Positions 22,101-27,630 of a stretch of 64,000 nt of DNA are shown piece by piece. The notes under the pieces were generated by a model. The model was not told the origin of the DNA. It ran no database searches and saw only the letters and a list, made by a program, of their open reading frames with translations. Each line of letters starts with the position of its first letter. Position 1 is the stretch's first letter. The translations under genes were made by a program, and so were the position numbers. This stretch comes from Caecitellus pseudoparvulus (lineage: Eukaryota > Protista > Bigyra: Bicosoecida), in the NCBI GenBank assembly GCA_965644315.1, contig CBFFRQ010000089.1, positions 186,001-250,000 of the forward strand, given 5' to 3'.

Positions 22101-22667
22101 CACATGTGTGATCTGCCCGGCCGCATCAGACAGCCCCGCGGTGGCCCCCGTCACAGGGCCCCGGGCCGCGTGCCCCAGCATGCTGGCTGGCAGCCGCCGC
22201 AGGAAGCGGGGACGCGGCAGCCAGTGGGCGGCCAACGCACCAGGCTGGGTGGGGAGGGAAGCCAGCAAATGCTGGGCAAGTGCTCGCACCGTGGCCTCCC
22301 CCGCCGCCTCGGGCCGCGCCAGCAGGTCGCTGAGGGCGGCTAGACTGCCCAGCTCAGCGTGCCGCACAGCGGCTGTGGGCTGCGTTGCCAACGCAGCAGG
22401 TGCCTCGGGAGTCAACCCCGCTGCCAGCTCGGCACTGTGCACGAGGGAGGCGATGGCTGCCACCACCTCCTGCGTGCTGCGTTTCATGTAGGGCTCCATG
22501 TACGTGGCGGGGGGCGTCGCTTCGCCAGCGGCAGGGCCAGCAGCCCCCAGACCGCTGTAGGCCGCTTCCCCCGTGATGCGCGTGATGTACACGCCCATCT
22601 CGCCAACATCTGCCCGCCCTGCCTCTATAAGTTCCCGCAGCAGCGGGCCGCCGTCGGAATCAGCCAT
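10137..22667 (-). CDS. Giant HECT E3 ubiquitin ligase (about 4,176 aa) with RanBP2/NZF zinc finger and UBA-like segment
   Basis: Single 12.5-kb ORF, first ATG at 22667. HECT motifs GLDWGGLFNE, FVPNP, FEMVGVLMGIAVR, FIRFAWGRGRLP, catalytic AATCEF and a Phe at -4. Zinc finger WACERCTFVNEPHSVTCEMC (about 13422-13481). UBA-like MPEELCEHTLDMFDGNVAMARGWL. Confidence 0.93.
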   Translation of the reverse strand: MADSDGGPLLRELIEAGRADVGEMGVYITRITGEAAYSGLGAAGPAAGEATPPATYMEPYMKRSTQEVVAAIASLVHSAELAAGLTPEAPAALATQPTAAVRHAELGSLAALSDLLARPEAAGEATVRALAQHLLASLPTQPGALAAHWLPRPRFLRRLPASMLGHAARGPVTGATAGLSDAAGQITHVGVGGPSATLVFRFPQPMLFAEATLAFTAPPAGVTITLTAEGAGGDSAKRTTTWKAPERSGSDLEVTLALPAPVPTTAVEVNFKQAVWAVTGLFDVRLMVAGPTPPVNAAPLRVLCSSIMSFFLRVQSSVDDAVTSQLLDALLSLAAATGSAAGVAAFITACAFQQTSTVSRALLERAAGSVAGGVECLAPDWGPVVGWCDLDGIQSTLPPASTDRVSAMQAADALLLAVGGAHAPAIPDRATVPLPPKGSAPGFVEIPHAAEVCGETFGLLAFLLDWVLSGTDSSRVCRVLTWLGLHLLTLHVSGVDPEAVSLHVSQTCDSGSHVRDPMLRTATTAAAGLVHTLLPAASAADVPTALVGSMLRCALQGHPGGSDSPAVQRTALALATSLALPMFQVSSKAVGGVLASITAADDAASASLSTPLLGILASPTTLAAVLPVPEPTVGAATYFASPTRQGVLALTRTLTASMATATSHRNILCQYNALLAQRAAGLPTSTGNAPRTPAATPRAGSVTSSEVRREGVASASGGGMTLLPGGGGDGSGSRQGVLVALADAVHQLAQHVAGAVEQAPTVLTLKPLQVGADQLFVLLAAARVHWREPLLAWALGPALARVQVALADALRRTVPDAADAASLRSSLRQAMRLTPTHPADSGGGAGGLPAEIDTRLSSGHLSLYGHMQVGGVHVAWPADTPALWLSLHDALAWSLVRCGAVLASGPVPSPEELASLRWMARPPFVQAAADAGGDSEHGVLHGATGAWLCSGMPALQDGPALDEGWTAPHLWEQVPQGGDEEEREGVGVQGPPFTPPVEAGNEAFDLGAAPEAGGPRLAQAAEFGTTLATWATASLRMSKVMRRRRPPAPCDGAVAAACVRHGGPWLRREAAALLGAVAERGAAATKDFTPSPAMLQVASHVDYLRVKLKQHHGSDPAALRFTADAIIARAQHLLSLPPAANAAASTPAALRAQLEHLASSVAGGGGAAAAGDGDVPAPPSAPTALARADSALQRSSTAGVDSSLSLLALSVPGVTAAGLEDAFDDQSVAATSSILSGVGAFLRDGLAEGAEARLDQDAGMGGAWKPGQPPHVYVRALASLRVTLQGAGSDSRVAQPGATQEQEVVPLATVQAAHAHANARARSRLAGLRLFRAAFAACLDPCDLRAALLALRPALAGAFAYLPPHLVTVLQRTSGGAGGLSGWEGGHGATPTVQALMTALRGGGGGGGDPSAGGDDGSDAASPPGETGAGGAAAGGRADPAPAGGDGARGRPRAPPAATSGGGGGGIQHQTSTLYGDAFDDAGRVAEFDAGGGGGGGGGGPGDEAGPPTAYTAALPLGFVLRSLRQLWISSEGGAAGSMPLDAVVGGTPSGQGGLEEGRSVLSGDGELGWDGEHAHGLSLSQAHPVAGLDGASAGHLRACLLATAALLSTATARATAVWEAAAQQLVAAAEGVTQPDPADPSVFRVLHAARLVAAALHGWTLHLEPRDGVWVAGGGVLRLACCVADTRAAAQTQLALARLAPPPSPLRCLSQVLEGSTPRRAVPGFLGSAGALASYEGVVGALAGQLPARQARAIPVFPKEPLSPGEAVQGLVEAAAWVKVWFALQALGNAGETRLTAPSAEPHAPPPQSPRRSSIALRRGGGGLLPEQRPGDAGGGGSAEFAPHATLSGILALQRPVVEYLRGELATLAPAAAALFRAGEYGTDAAKAAEESMVRWKGAAAKSLAALSAAGIAPTGLVPAAKNALGAAVLTLPGDAQVALEALEVERALRRLLGALASITATSPAAGLRLASTAFASHLLSCVALPSDSSILALRCLGHILAAAGPEFVPQCLVPALRELAGGEEGGGAAAGTSPLRLPTPEHPLNLPTPDASGLVTCLLVLSGAVTTSVFADGALPRDGEGVSHDSASAALQGGHIIALGSEARALLVHVCHVSTAWRELVWCVATSQLSHLREPALQLRADAGGGDLKFPRAQAVLTRCEVAQVALQAAVGALGLLGGGTWAEGLAVGRPVSVGGGPPAFVTASGPTLFEVWAHLSGAPRPWDGLLNTEHAMAPGGCSYLTHASGGSGPPPGHARLASRGGSGGSQGGPSLGGAVTDHLTFSTASHGALQLLPPQPLLSLHLPPDNAPRLLAALQAFVALPVADFRRGSDAAGVGPALALVSTLTQLRAFALHALPLFLRQPAALRLHLAPLPPLPGAPEGGAHVEEKAASGQGGDSVDSDAAPPALLRDLLPAALRPLDAPTVLTVESLLKRRAALHQWLAGPVSAVNPPPPLQPPPAGREAAATAAVEAAVLSLTSDSTGGSSGGTLQRTASGSFCVESPHATAAAGLALATSMPEELCEHTLDMFDGNVAMARGWLEHHGAHFSAQYSARDSNLRRETSTRHGIAAARSAAAGALTDSPAASDGHHTVRPAAALELVAAVTPQGPSGRSGAARGGGGPTHPATQQAAAGGAGAGEVDGSAVYGRLGSHGGALKWVSTSVAVAHAHTLMAGYGAAGVALPPPGQVHVWPGAAVQVQGAGRVAFPATALRADPADLDSNSALRLRCPTSAVALSLPVALSAAVLAGSSSGAHRSTSTGRSLASAWQAAQAQRRGGGVAGSTRALLGRGPEAEAAAAADRDAGMWGVRGSGVLSRVFRPHSVGAALVTGAPSLPAAATVTDSSLATLYARGAILSALSAMTPEQWIQLSLERDAGGDGGGAAAQASVAQLVRLFRLVAAGTIASGNEAEVAEEEEEEGGEGGGDTAAVPDKDEGRGAGMVATPHGRVAGDSVAVAVPTVQATEQSSPTPAAFARILRGILRQEAQLARLMAGTADGAGAHSEGKGESEHGSRAPMQGALAAYLSQQQKRAEAAAAAAAAAREARATAIAEARLAFSTQPWACERCTFVNEPHSVTCEMCEGEKPEFDETRVALPPGVGGGDEGDSRPASTMSQAALGPVTRALVDECIPNIVGATSAGGLVAGAPRIVETLHPLPSPLSFNVKHHFPGASAICVVFDPRCALPCPPSAEHRLPPRERTIPARRGVPGVSAWISLAGKAGTMRTASESVASATSGRYVYGLHFAAAAGAGGAVPPLIVSSDTLAISVVCNETPPQGSAGMLSEFWGVRLTLVPMGAVSWLSERQVLHAPSFEFGVWLLRFLATSAPEVVSAGALHDPAIFNALAKYLCTPGLPFKERVVPIMAQLLATPNLFLLHMRDASALHLSLLTQDVYGEVQSRLEDIQTSSRAAPPPALLQLLQLCVMARRAEACVSSALRLALSVEDADPLPPAPTSMAEGRAHVPELTLGRRFKDMPLHERLVEVLDLATALRRHRRLPDVLLCKAMVVARGTPAAALRTGRGRWPFTQSEAIAAQVHMSRWSVAQDALLADWLQAKARTADVPEMHLDISQLAVSAEDARKFPGLADVDILRVRERAALIMLLNKRVESVLQYVDDTDSRGSGGGGGGGAAAGGGAPPTAGTGAGGFSPLTFDSPLVSAADAADAAAALLEGEASNSAACPAAPSTDSSTSWSLGSRLRDVSHCVFMSSKLPAVKRAIDDTVSDDSARLGVEVHMHTGKARASRAEGNVAPRTSECMFVQLATKLRTAMSLPMRPGTRSKGHGVGQTHASLFGYTATGTVSAAALADKLAPLRTKPHSSRKNLFNVRFEDFDARGRTVRQAGLDWGGLFNEMMTEAVADLFRVDTLSLFLPATRASARLGQAGTFVPNPALTSPYDLALFEMVGVLMGIAVRMNKPQPFPLASIVWRCILGLTPSPTDLEAADEAAVSALRQRLAATVGGSDEELAALGDTAWEAVSVDGTRVPLQAPPGMTTPTGGVPPTPAAVRAHATACLAFRLREFEPACAAMQRGLDALLPMRVLRTFTPAELSFLVQGEATIDVDRLRSHTKYAGQYNSNHPVVKRFWRVLGSFDEQLKVKFIRFAWGRGRLPPPGQWPDSLKFKLGEWRRTGQDPDKALMIAATCEFAVYLPTYSTDAVMRERMTLALSSVEFGTFDRA

Positions 22668-22903
22668 TTCCCAGCGGAGGTGTGACAAGTGCACTGCACC
22701 ACCACGCCGTGGGGGAGGGGTGCCCCGCTACGCACCTGTGCACGCACTCTGACGTGCCAGATCACACCTTCACATGAATTTCATGCCGTGTATTGGATTC
22801 TTCAGCACGGCAGCAGGTGTGGGTCGTTGTGCCTGCTCACAGCAAAAACCTGTGCCAGCCAGTGGTTCTGACCACCCCCATTCACCCCCCCCCCCCCCCA
22901 CCT

Positions 22904-24880
22904 TCATCCTCTCACACGCCCCGCACGCAGCAGCACCATGTCCCGACGATGCCCCCACACACGCCCCCCCGCCCACTCCAGCACCTCCCCACAGTCCACA
23001 AACGCAGGCGGAAACGCACCCGCCACCACCTCCCCATGCCGCCGCCCATGCAAACGCACCAGCGCCAACAGCACCGCAGCGACAGGGCGCGACAAATCAC
23101 GACCCGTCACACTGCCCACTGTGTCCTCATACCGCTGCACAGACTGTGCCAGGCACGGAAAGGCCGTCATGCGCTCCCGCTCGCACTGCTTCAGGTTGCT
23201 GGCCAGGCGTGCGCTCCACACCTGCCGCAGCGCCCACACGACATGCTGCGCACAGAGGGCCCCCCACGTGAGGCCGGGAGGGGGGGGGCGGTACCGCACA
23301 TCACCCCCCTCACGCATGGCACGTGCCACCTCCAGGCCCTGCGCGTACTTGGCCGTGTCCCCCGCCACACCCAGGTCCACCACCCCAGCCTCCGCAGCCT
23401 CAGACACATCCACCAGGTCCCACCGGTGCAGGCAGGACCAAACAGCGGCAGGGACATCCGGCAAGTGTGCGTCACTACCAGGCAGACTGCGCAGACGGGC
23501 ACAGGCCCGCGCAGCCACCTCCCCAGCAGCCAGCAAACGCACCAGGCCGTCCACGCAACGCAGCAGCTGGGGACTGCTGCGCACCAGGCGAGGCACGACC
23601 ATGGGCATGCCCGCGATGTGCTGCGGGGGGATGTGGATGCCGGGAGGCGCAGTGGGCTGCCCCAGCAGCAGCTCCACGCAGCTGCCGCGTAATACGGCGC
23701 CCTCCCCCCGCGGCGGCGACACCGCCGCCTTCCACACCTCCATGCCCCCCAACGTGGCGGGAAACGCCCCCACCAGCATGCCCAGCACACGCACCGCATC
23801 CGCACGCAGCGCAGCCAGCGCCGCGGCCCGCACTGCACCAGGCCGCCGACCAGGCGTCACAGGCGACCACGCCGCCGTCAGCAGCGCCCGTGTCACATGT
23901 GCGGCGTCACCCTCCACGGCGCTCTCCATAGCATCCCGGAACAGCCGCCCGCCCTTGGCCTCCCAGTCCAGCGCCTGCCCCTGCCCTGTGGCGGTCGTGA
24001 ACACCTCCAACGCAGGCAGGTGTCCGTGCAGCGCAGCGAAGCACAGCACGTGTCGGTGACTCACATCGCTGCCCATGGAGAGGCACTTGTGGATGCTCAA
24101 GTGCAGCTGGGCGCACGCACGGAGCAGGAACTCCAAAGCACCTGAATCACCTGTCTCTGCTGCGCGCTGCAGGAGCACCAAGTGCAGCTGAGTGCTGCCA
24201 AACCAGTATGCTCGTGCAGGCGTGTCCAGCACGTGCTCGATGCAGTCAAACGGCTCAAACACTTCGAACAGACGCTCCCTGCCCTGCGCCAGGCGCAGCA
24301 AGGCAAAGATCACCTCTTCACTGCCACTGTCCAGCGCCAACGCAGGCACCTCCACACGCATGGACATGTGCAGGCTGACATCGCACCCGCGCGGAATTTG
24401 ACACGGCAACGCAGTCAACCACGCCAGGGAACGCAGCGCACCCCCCCGCACCGCAGCCTGCAGTCCGTGGTTCACCATGCAGTATGAGGAGAAGGGTGTA
24501 GCTCGCGAGTACCACGCCTCCCACCCTTCTGCTTTTGCGTTCCACCGTGCGTTGTCAAGTACTGCAGCCTGCACCTGCTGCGGCGTTGGTGTCACGTCCG
24601 TGACCAACGCAGCACCTGCTCGTGACAGCAACAGGGCCTGGGCGGCGCGAGGCTGGTCGGCCTCCAACGCAGCGTAGAAGGCCGCCTTCACGGGACAGGC
24701 CTCAGGGATGCAGTAGGGATGATAAATGTTCACGCTGGGGGGTGGAGTGGGAGGTGTGAAGGGTGTCACACTTCGCCACGCCTGTGCCAGAGCGTCCAGG
24801 TCTCCAGCCACTGCTGCGCGAGTCAGTGCAGCCTGCACCTTGTCGTCAGCATGCGTCTCCACATGCTCCGAAGCTGCCAT
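22904..24880 (-). CDS. Degenerate ankyrin-repeat protein with C-terminal WxxRR tail (copy A, 658 aa)
   Basis: ATG at 24880 (MAASEHVE). Ankyrin-like units ALTRAAVAGDLDAL, GLQAAVRGGALRSLAWL, LLQRAAETGDSGALEFLL and VLCFAALHGHLPALEVF. Ends WGHRRDMVLLRAGRVRG*. The ORF is conserved in the paralogue. Confidence 0.8.
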   Translation of the reverse strand: MAASEHVETHADDKVQAALTRAAVAGDLDALAQAWRSVTPFTPPTPPPSVNIYHPYCIPEACPVKAAFYAALEADQPRAAQALLLSRAGAALVTDVTPTPQQVQAAVLDNARWNAKAEGWEAWYSRATPFSSYCMVNHGLQAAVRGGALRSLAWLTALPCQIPRGCDVSLHMSMRVEVPALALDSGSEEVIFALLRLAQGRERLFEVFEPFDCIEHVLDTPARAYWFGSTQLHLVLLQRAAETGDSGALEFLLRACAQLHLSIHKCLSMGSDVSHRHVLCFAALHGHLPALEVFTTATGQGQALDWEAKGGRLFRDAMESAVEGDAAHVTRALLTAAWSPVTPGRRPGAVRAAALAALRADAVRVLGMLVGAFPATLGGMEVWKAAVSPPRGEGAVLRGSCVELLLGQPTAPPGIHIPPQHIAGMPMVVPRLVRSSPQLLRCVDGLVRLLAAGEVAARACARLRSLPGSDAHLPDVPAAVWSCLHRWDLVDVSEAAEAGVVDLGVAGDTAKYAQGLEVARAMREGGDVRYRPPPPGLTWGALCAQHVVWALRQVWSARLASNLKQCERERMTAFPCLAQSVQRYEDTVGSVTGRDLSRPVAAVLLALVRLHGRRHGEVVAGAFPPAFVDCGEVLEWAGGRVWGHRRDMVLLRAGRVRG

Positions 24881-25148
24881 GGTGTGATTGAGGCCCGGGA
24901 GTGCTGCCCTTCGCTCTGGGCAGTGCAAGGCGTGGTGCTGGGGTGCGTTCAATTTCCGCTGCCAAGCGCGGTGCACACGGCGCCCTGCGCTGTCCCAGGC
25001 GGAAGTGCAGTGCTCCGAATGGCACAGACGCTACGTGTACTGCACAACGACTGCGTGAAGTAGTTTGTGCCTTGGATTGTGCTGGTGCAGCAACCTGGCT
25101 TCTCGCGCAACCGCCTTCCCCAAGAGCGCTGCAAGCTCTCCGCGGTCG

Positions 25149-25252
25149 CTACCGCTTGCCACGTTGCTCCTGGCGGCAGCAGAAGACTGCCCGGCGCAGG
25201 ATCCAGTTGCCTGTGCCCAGAATGCGCTGTGCACGATCTGGACTCGTAGACG
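25149..25252 (-). pseudogene. Orphan 3' fragment (about 33 codons plus stop) of the 27527-29410 gene, carried by the duplication
   Basis: Encodes SPDRAQRILGTGNWILRRAVFCCRQEQRGKR*, versus SPDRAQRILGTGNWILRRAAICCRQEQRGKR* at the 3' end of the 27527-29410 gene. Confidence 0.85.
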
Positions 25253-25265
25253 AAGGCCCCCCTTT

Positions 25266-27630
25266 CCCCCCCACCTTCATCCTCTCACACGCCCAGCACG
25301 CAGCAGCACCATGTCCCGACGATGCCCCCACACACGCCCCCCCGCCCACTGCACCACGTCAGCCGAGTCCACAAACGCAGGCGGAAACGCACCCGCCACC
25401 ACCTCCCCATGCCGCCGCCCATGCAAACGCACCAGCGCCAACAGCACCGCAGCGACAGGACGCGACAAATCACGACCCGTCACGCTGCCCACTGTGTCTT
25501 CATACCGCTGCACGGGCTGTGCCAGGCACGGAAAGGCCGTCATGCGCTCCCGCTCGCACTGCTTCAGGTTGCTGGCCAGGCGTGCGCTCCACACCTGCCG
25601 CAGCGCCCACACGACATGCTGGGCACAGAGGGCCCCCCACGTGAGGCCGGGAGGGGGGGGGCGGTACCGCACATCACCCCCCTCACGCATGGCACGTGCC
25701 ATCTCCAGGCCCTGCGCGTACTTGGCCGTGTCCCCCGCCACACCCAGGTCCACCACCCCAGACTCCGCAGCCTCAGACACATCCACCAGATCCCACCGGT
25801 GCAGGCAGGACCAAGCAGCGGCAGGGACATCCGGCAAGTGTGCGTCACTACCAGGCAGACTGCGCAGACGGGCACAGGCCTGCGCAGCCACCTCCCCAGC
25901 AGCCAGCAAACGCACCAGGCCGTCCACGCAACGCAGCAGCTGGGGACTGCTGCGCACCAGGCGAGGCACGACCATGGGCATGCCCGCGATGTGCTGCGGG
26001 GGGATGTGGATGCCGGGAGGCGCAGTGGGCTGCCCCAGCAGCAGCTCCACGCAGCTGCCGCGTAATACGGCGCCCTCCCCCCGCGGCGGCGACACCGCCG
26101 CCTTCCACACCTCCATGTCCCCCAACGTGGCGGGAAACGCCCCCACCAGCATGCCCAGCACACGCACCGCATCCACGCGCAACGCAGCCAGCGCCGCGGC
26201 CCGCACTGCACCAGGCCGCCGACCAGGCGTCACAGGCGACCACGCCGCCGTCAACAACGCCCGTGCCACATGTGCGGCGTCACCCTCCACGGCGCTCTCC
26301 ATAGCATCCCGGAACAGCCGCCCGCCCTTCGCCTCCCAGTCCAGCGCCTGCCCCTGCCCTGTGGCGGTCGTGAACACCTCCAGCGCAGGCAGGTGTCCGT
26401 GCAGCGCGGCGAAGCACAGCACATGTCGGTGACCCACATCGCTGCCCATGGACACGCACTTGTGAATGCTCAAGTGCAGCTCGGCACACGCACGGAGCAG
26501 GAGCTGCACTGCCCACACATTTCCGGTCTCTGCAGCGCGCTGCAGAAACGCCAAGTGCAGCAAGGAGCTGCCTTGCCAGATCGCACGTGCAGGCGTGTCC
26601 AGCACGTGCTCGATGCAGTCAAACGGCTCAAACACTTCGAACAGGCGCTCCTTGCCCTGCGCCAGGCGCAGCAAGGCAAAGATCACCTCTTCACTGCCAC
26701 TCTCCAGCGCCAACGCAGGCACCTCCACACGCATATGCAGCAGCAGGCCGGCAGAGTGTCCACGCGGAATTTGACACGGCAACGCAGTCAACCACGCCAG
26801 GGAACGCAGCGCACCCCCCCGCACCGCCGCCTGCAGTCCGTTGCTGATGACGCAGTACATATTGTACGATCCGTATCGCGCAAGCCACTGTGGCCAACTA
26901 ACTGCTTGTGCGTTCCATCGTGCGTTGTCAAGCACTGCAGCCTGCACCTGCTGCGGCGTTGGCGTCACGTCTGTGACCAATGCGGCACCTGCTCGTGACA
27001 GCAACAGGGCTTGGGCGGCGCGAGGCTGGTCGGCCTCCAGCGCAGCGTAGAAGGCCGCCTTCACGGGACAGGCCTCAGTTGTGCTGTCGGGGTAGTACAC
27101 TTGCTTGTCGGGGGGTGGAGTGGGAGGTGTGAAGGGTGTCACACTTCGCCACGCCTGTGCAAGAGCGTCCAGGTCTCCAGCCACAGCTGCACGAGTCAGT
27201 GCAGCCTGCACCTTGTCGTCAGCATGCGTCTCCACATGCTCCGAAGCTGCCATGGCGTGTTTGAGGCCCGGGAGTGCTGCCCTTCGCTCTGGGCAGTGCA
27301 AGGCGTGGTGCTGGGGTGTGATCAATTTCCGCTGCCAAGCGCGGTGCACACAGCGCCCTGCGCTGTCCTAGGCTGCACTGCAGTGCTCCGAATGGCACAG
27401 ACGCTATGTGTAGGTTACAGTGACAATGTGCAGGTGTTTGTGCCTTGGATTGTGCTGGTGCAGCAACCTGCTTCCGCCTGTCCCGCAAAGACGTTCCCCA
27501 AGCGCGCTGCAAGCTGTCCGCGGTCGTCACCGCTTGCCACGTTGCTCCTGGCGGCAGCAGATGGCTGCCCGGCGCAGGATCCAGTTGCCTGTGCCCAGAA
27601 TGCGCTGTGCACGATCTGGACTCGCAGACG
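25266..27630. repeat. Tandem segmental duplication, unit 2
   Basis: Partner of 22893-25252. Confidence 0.95.
25277..27253 (-). CDS. Degenerate ankyrin-repeat protein with C-terminal WxxRR tail (copy B, 658 aa)
   Basis: Same length as copy A with no indels and the same tail. ATG at 27253. Confidence 0.8.
   Translation of the reverse strand: MAASEHVETHADDKVQAALTRAAVAGDLDALAQAWRSVTPFTPPTPPPDKQVYYPDSTTEACPVKAAFYAALEADQPRAAQALLLSRAGAALVTDVTPTPQQVQAAVLDNARWNAQAVSWPQWLARYGSYNMYCVISNGLQAAVRGGALRSLAWLTALPCQIPRGHSAGLLLHMRVEVPALALESGSEEVIFALLRLAQGKERLFEVFEPFDCIEHVLDTPARAIWQGSSLLHLAFLQRAAETGNVWAVQLLLRACAELHLSIHKCVSMGSDVGHRHVLCFAALHGHLPALEVFTTATGQGQALDWEAKGGRLFRDAMESAVEGDAAHVARALLTAAWSPVTPGRRPGAVRAAALAALRVDAVRVLGMLVGAFPATLGDMEVWKAAVSPPRGEGAVLRGSCVELLLGQPTAPPGIHIPPQHIAGMPMVVPRLVRSSPQLLRCVDGLVRLLAAGEVAAQACARLRSLPGSDAHLPDVPAAAWSCLHRWDLVDVSEAAESGVVDLGVAGDTAKYAQGLEMARAMREGGDVRYRPPPPGLTWGALCAQHVVWALRQVWSARLASNLKQCERERMTAFPCLAQPVQRYEDTVGSVTGRDLSRPVAAVLLALVRLHGRRHGEVVAGAFPPAFVDSADVVQWAGGRVWGHRRDMVLLRAGRVRG

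Larger units (their letters stand above)
22893..25252. repeat. Tandem segmental duplication, unit 1 (about 2.36 kb)
   Basis: Colinear with 25266-27630 at offset 2373-2378. Homology starts at a poly-C tract and ends at ...GGACTCG[T/C]AGACG. Confidence 0.95.

Noticed and set aside
10107-22685. Many long plus-strand ORFs (up to about 600 aa) opposite the HECT gene, and similar antisense ORFs across the window
   Set aside because: These are shadow ORFs expected in GC-rich coding DNA. They are Ala/Arg/Ser/Pro-rich with no motifs, while the opposite frame has clear domains.
24120-27110. Diversity-generating retroelement as the cause of the hypervariable patches
   Set aside because: Substitutions are not confined to adenines of either copy (for example GTG/AAG, TAC/GAC, AGC/GAC), and no reverse transcriptase or template repeat is seen in the window.
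22893-27630. Duplication as LTRs or a transposon
   Set aside because: The units are directly adjacent and contain a host-type gene plus part of its neighbour. No TG...CA ends, target-site duplication, terminal inverted repeats or transposase were seen.
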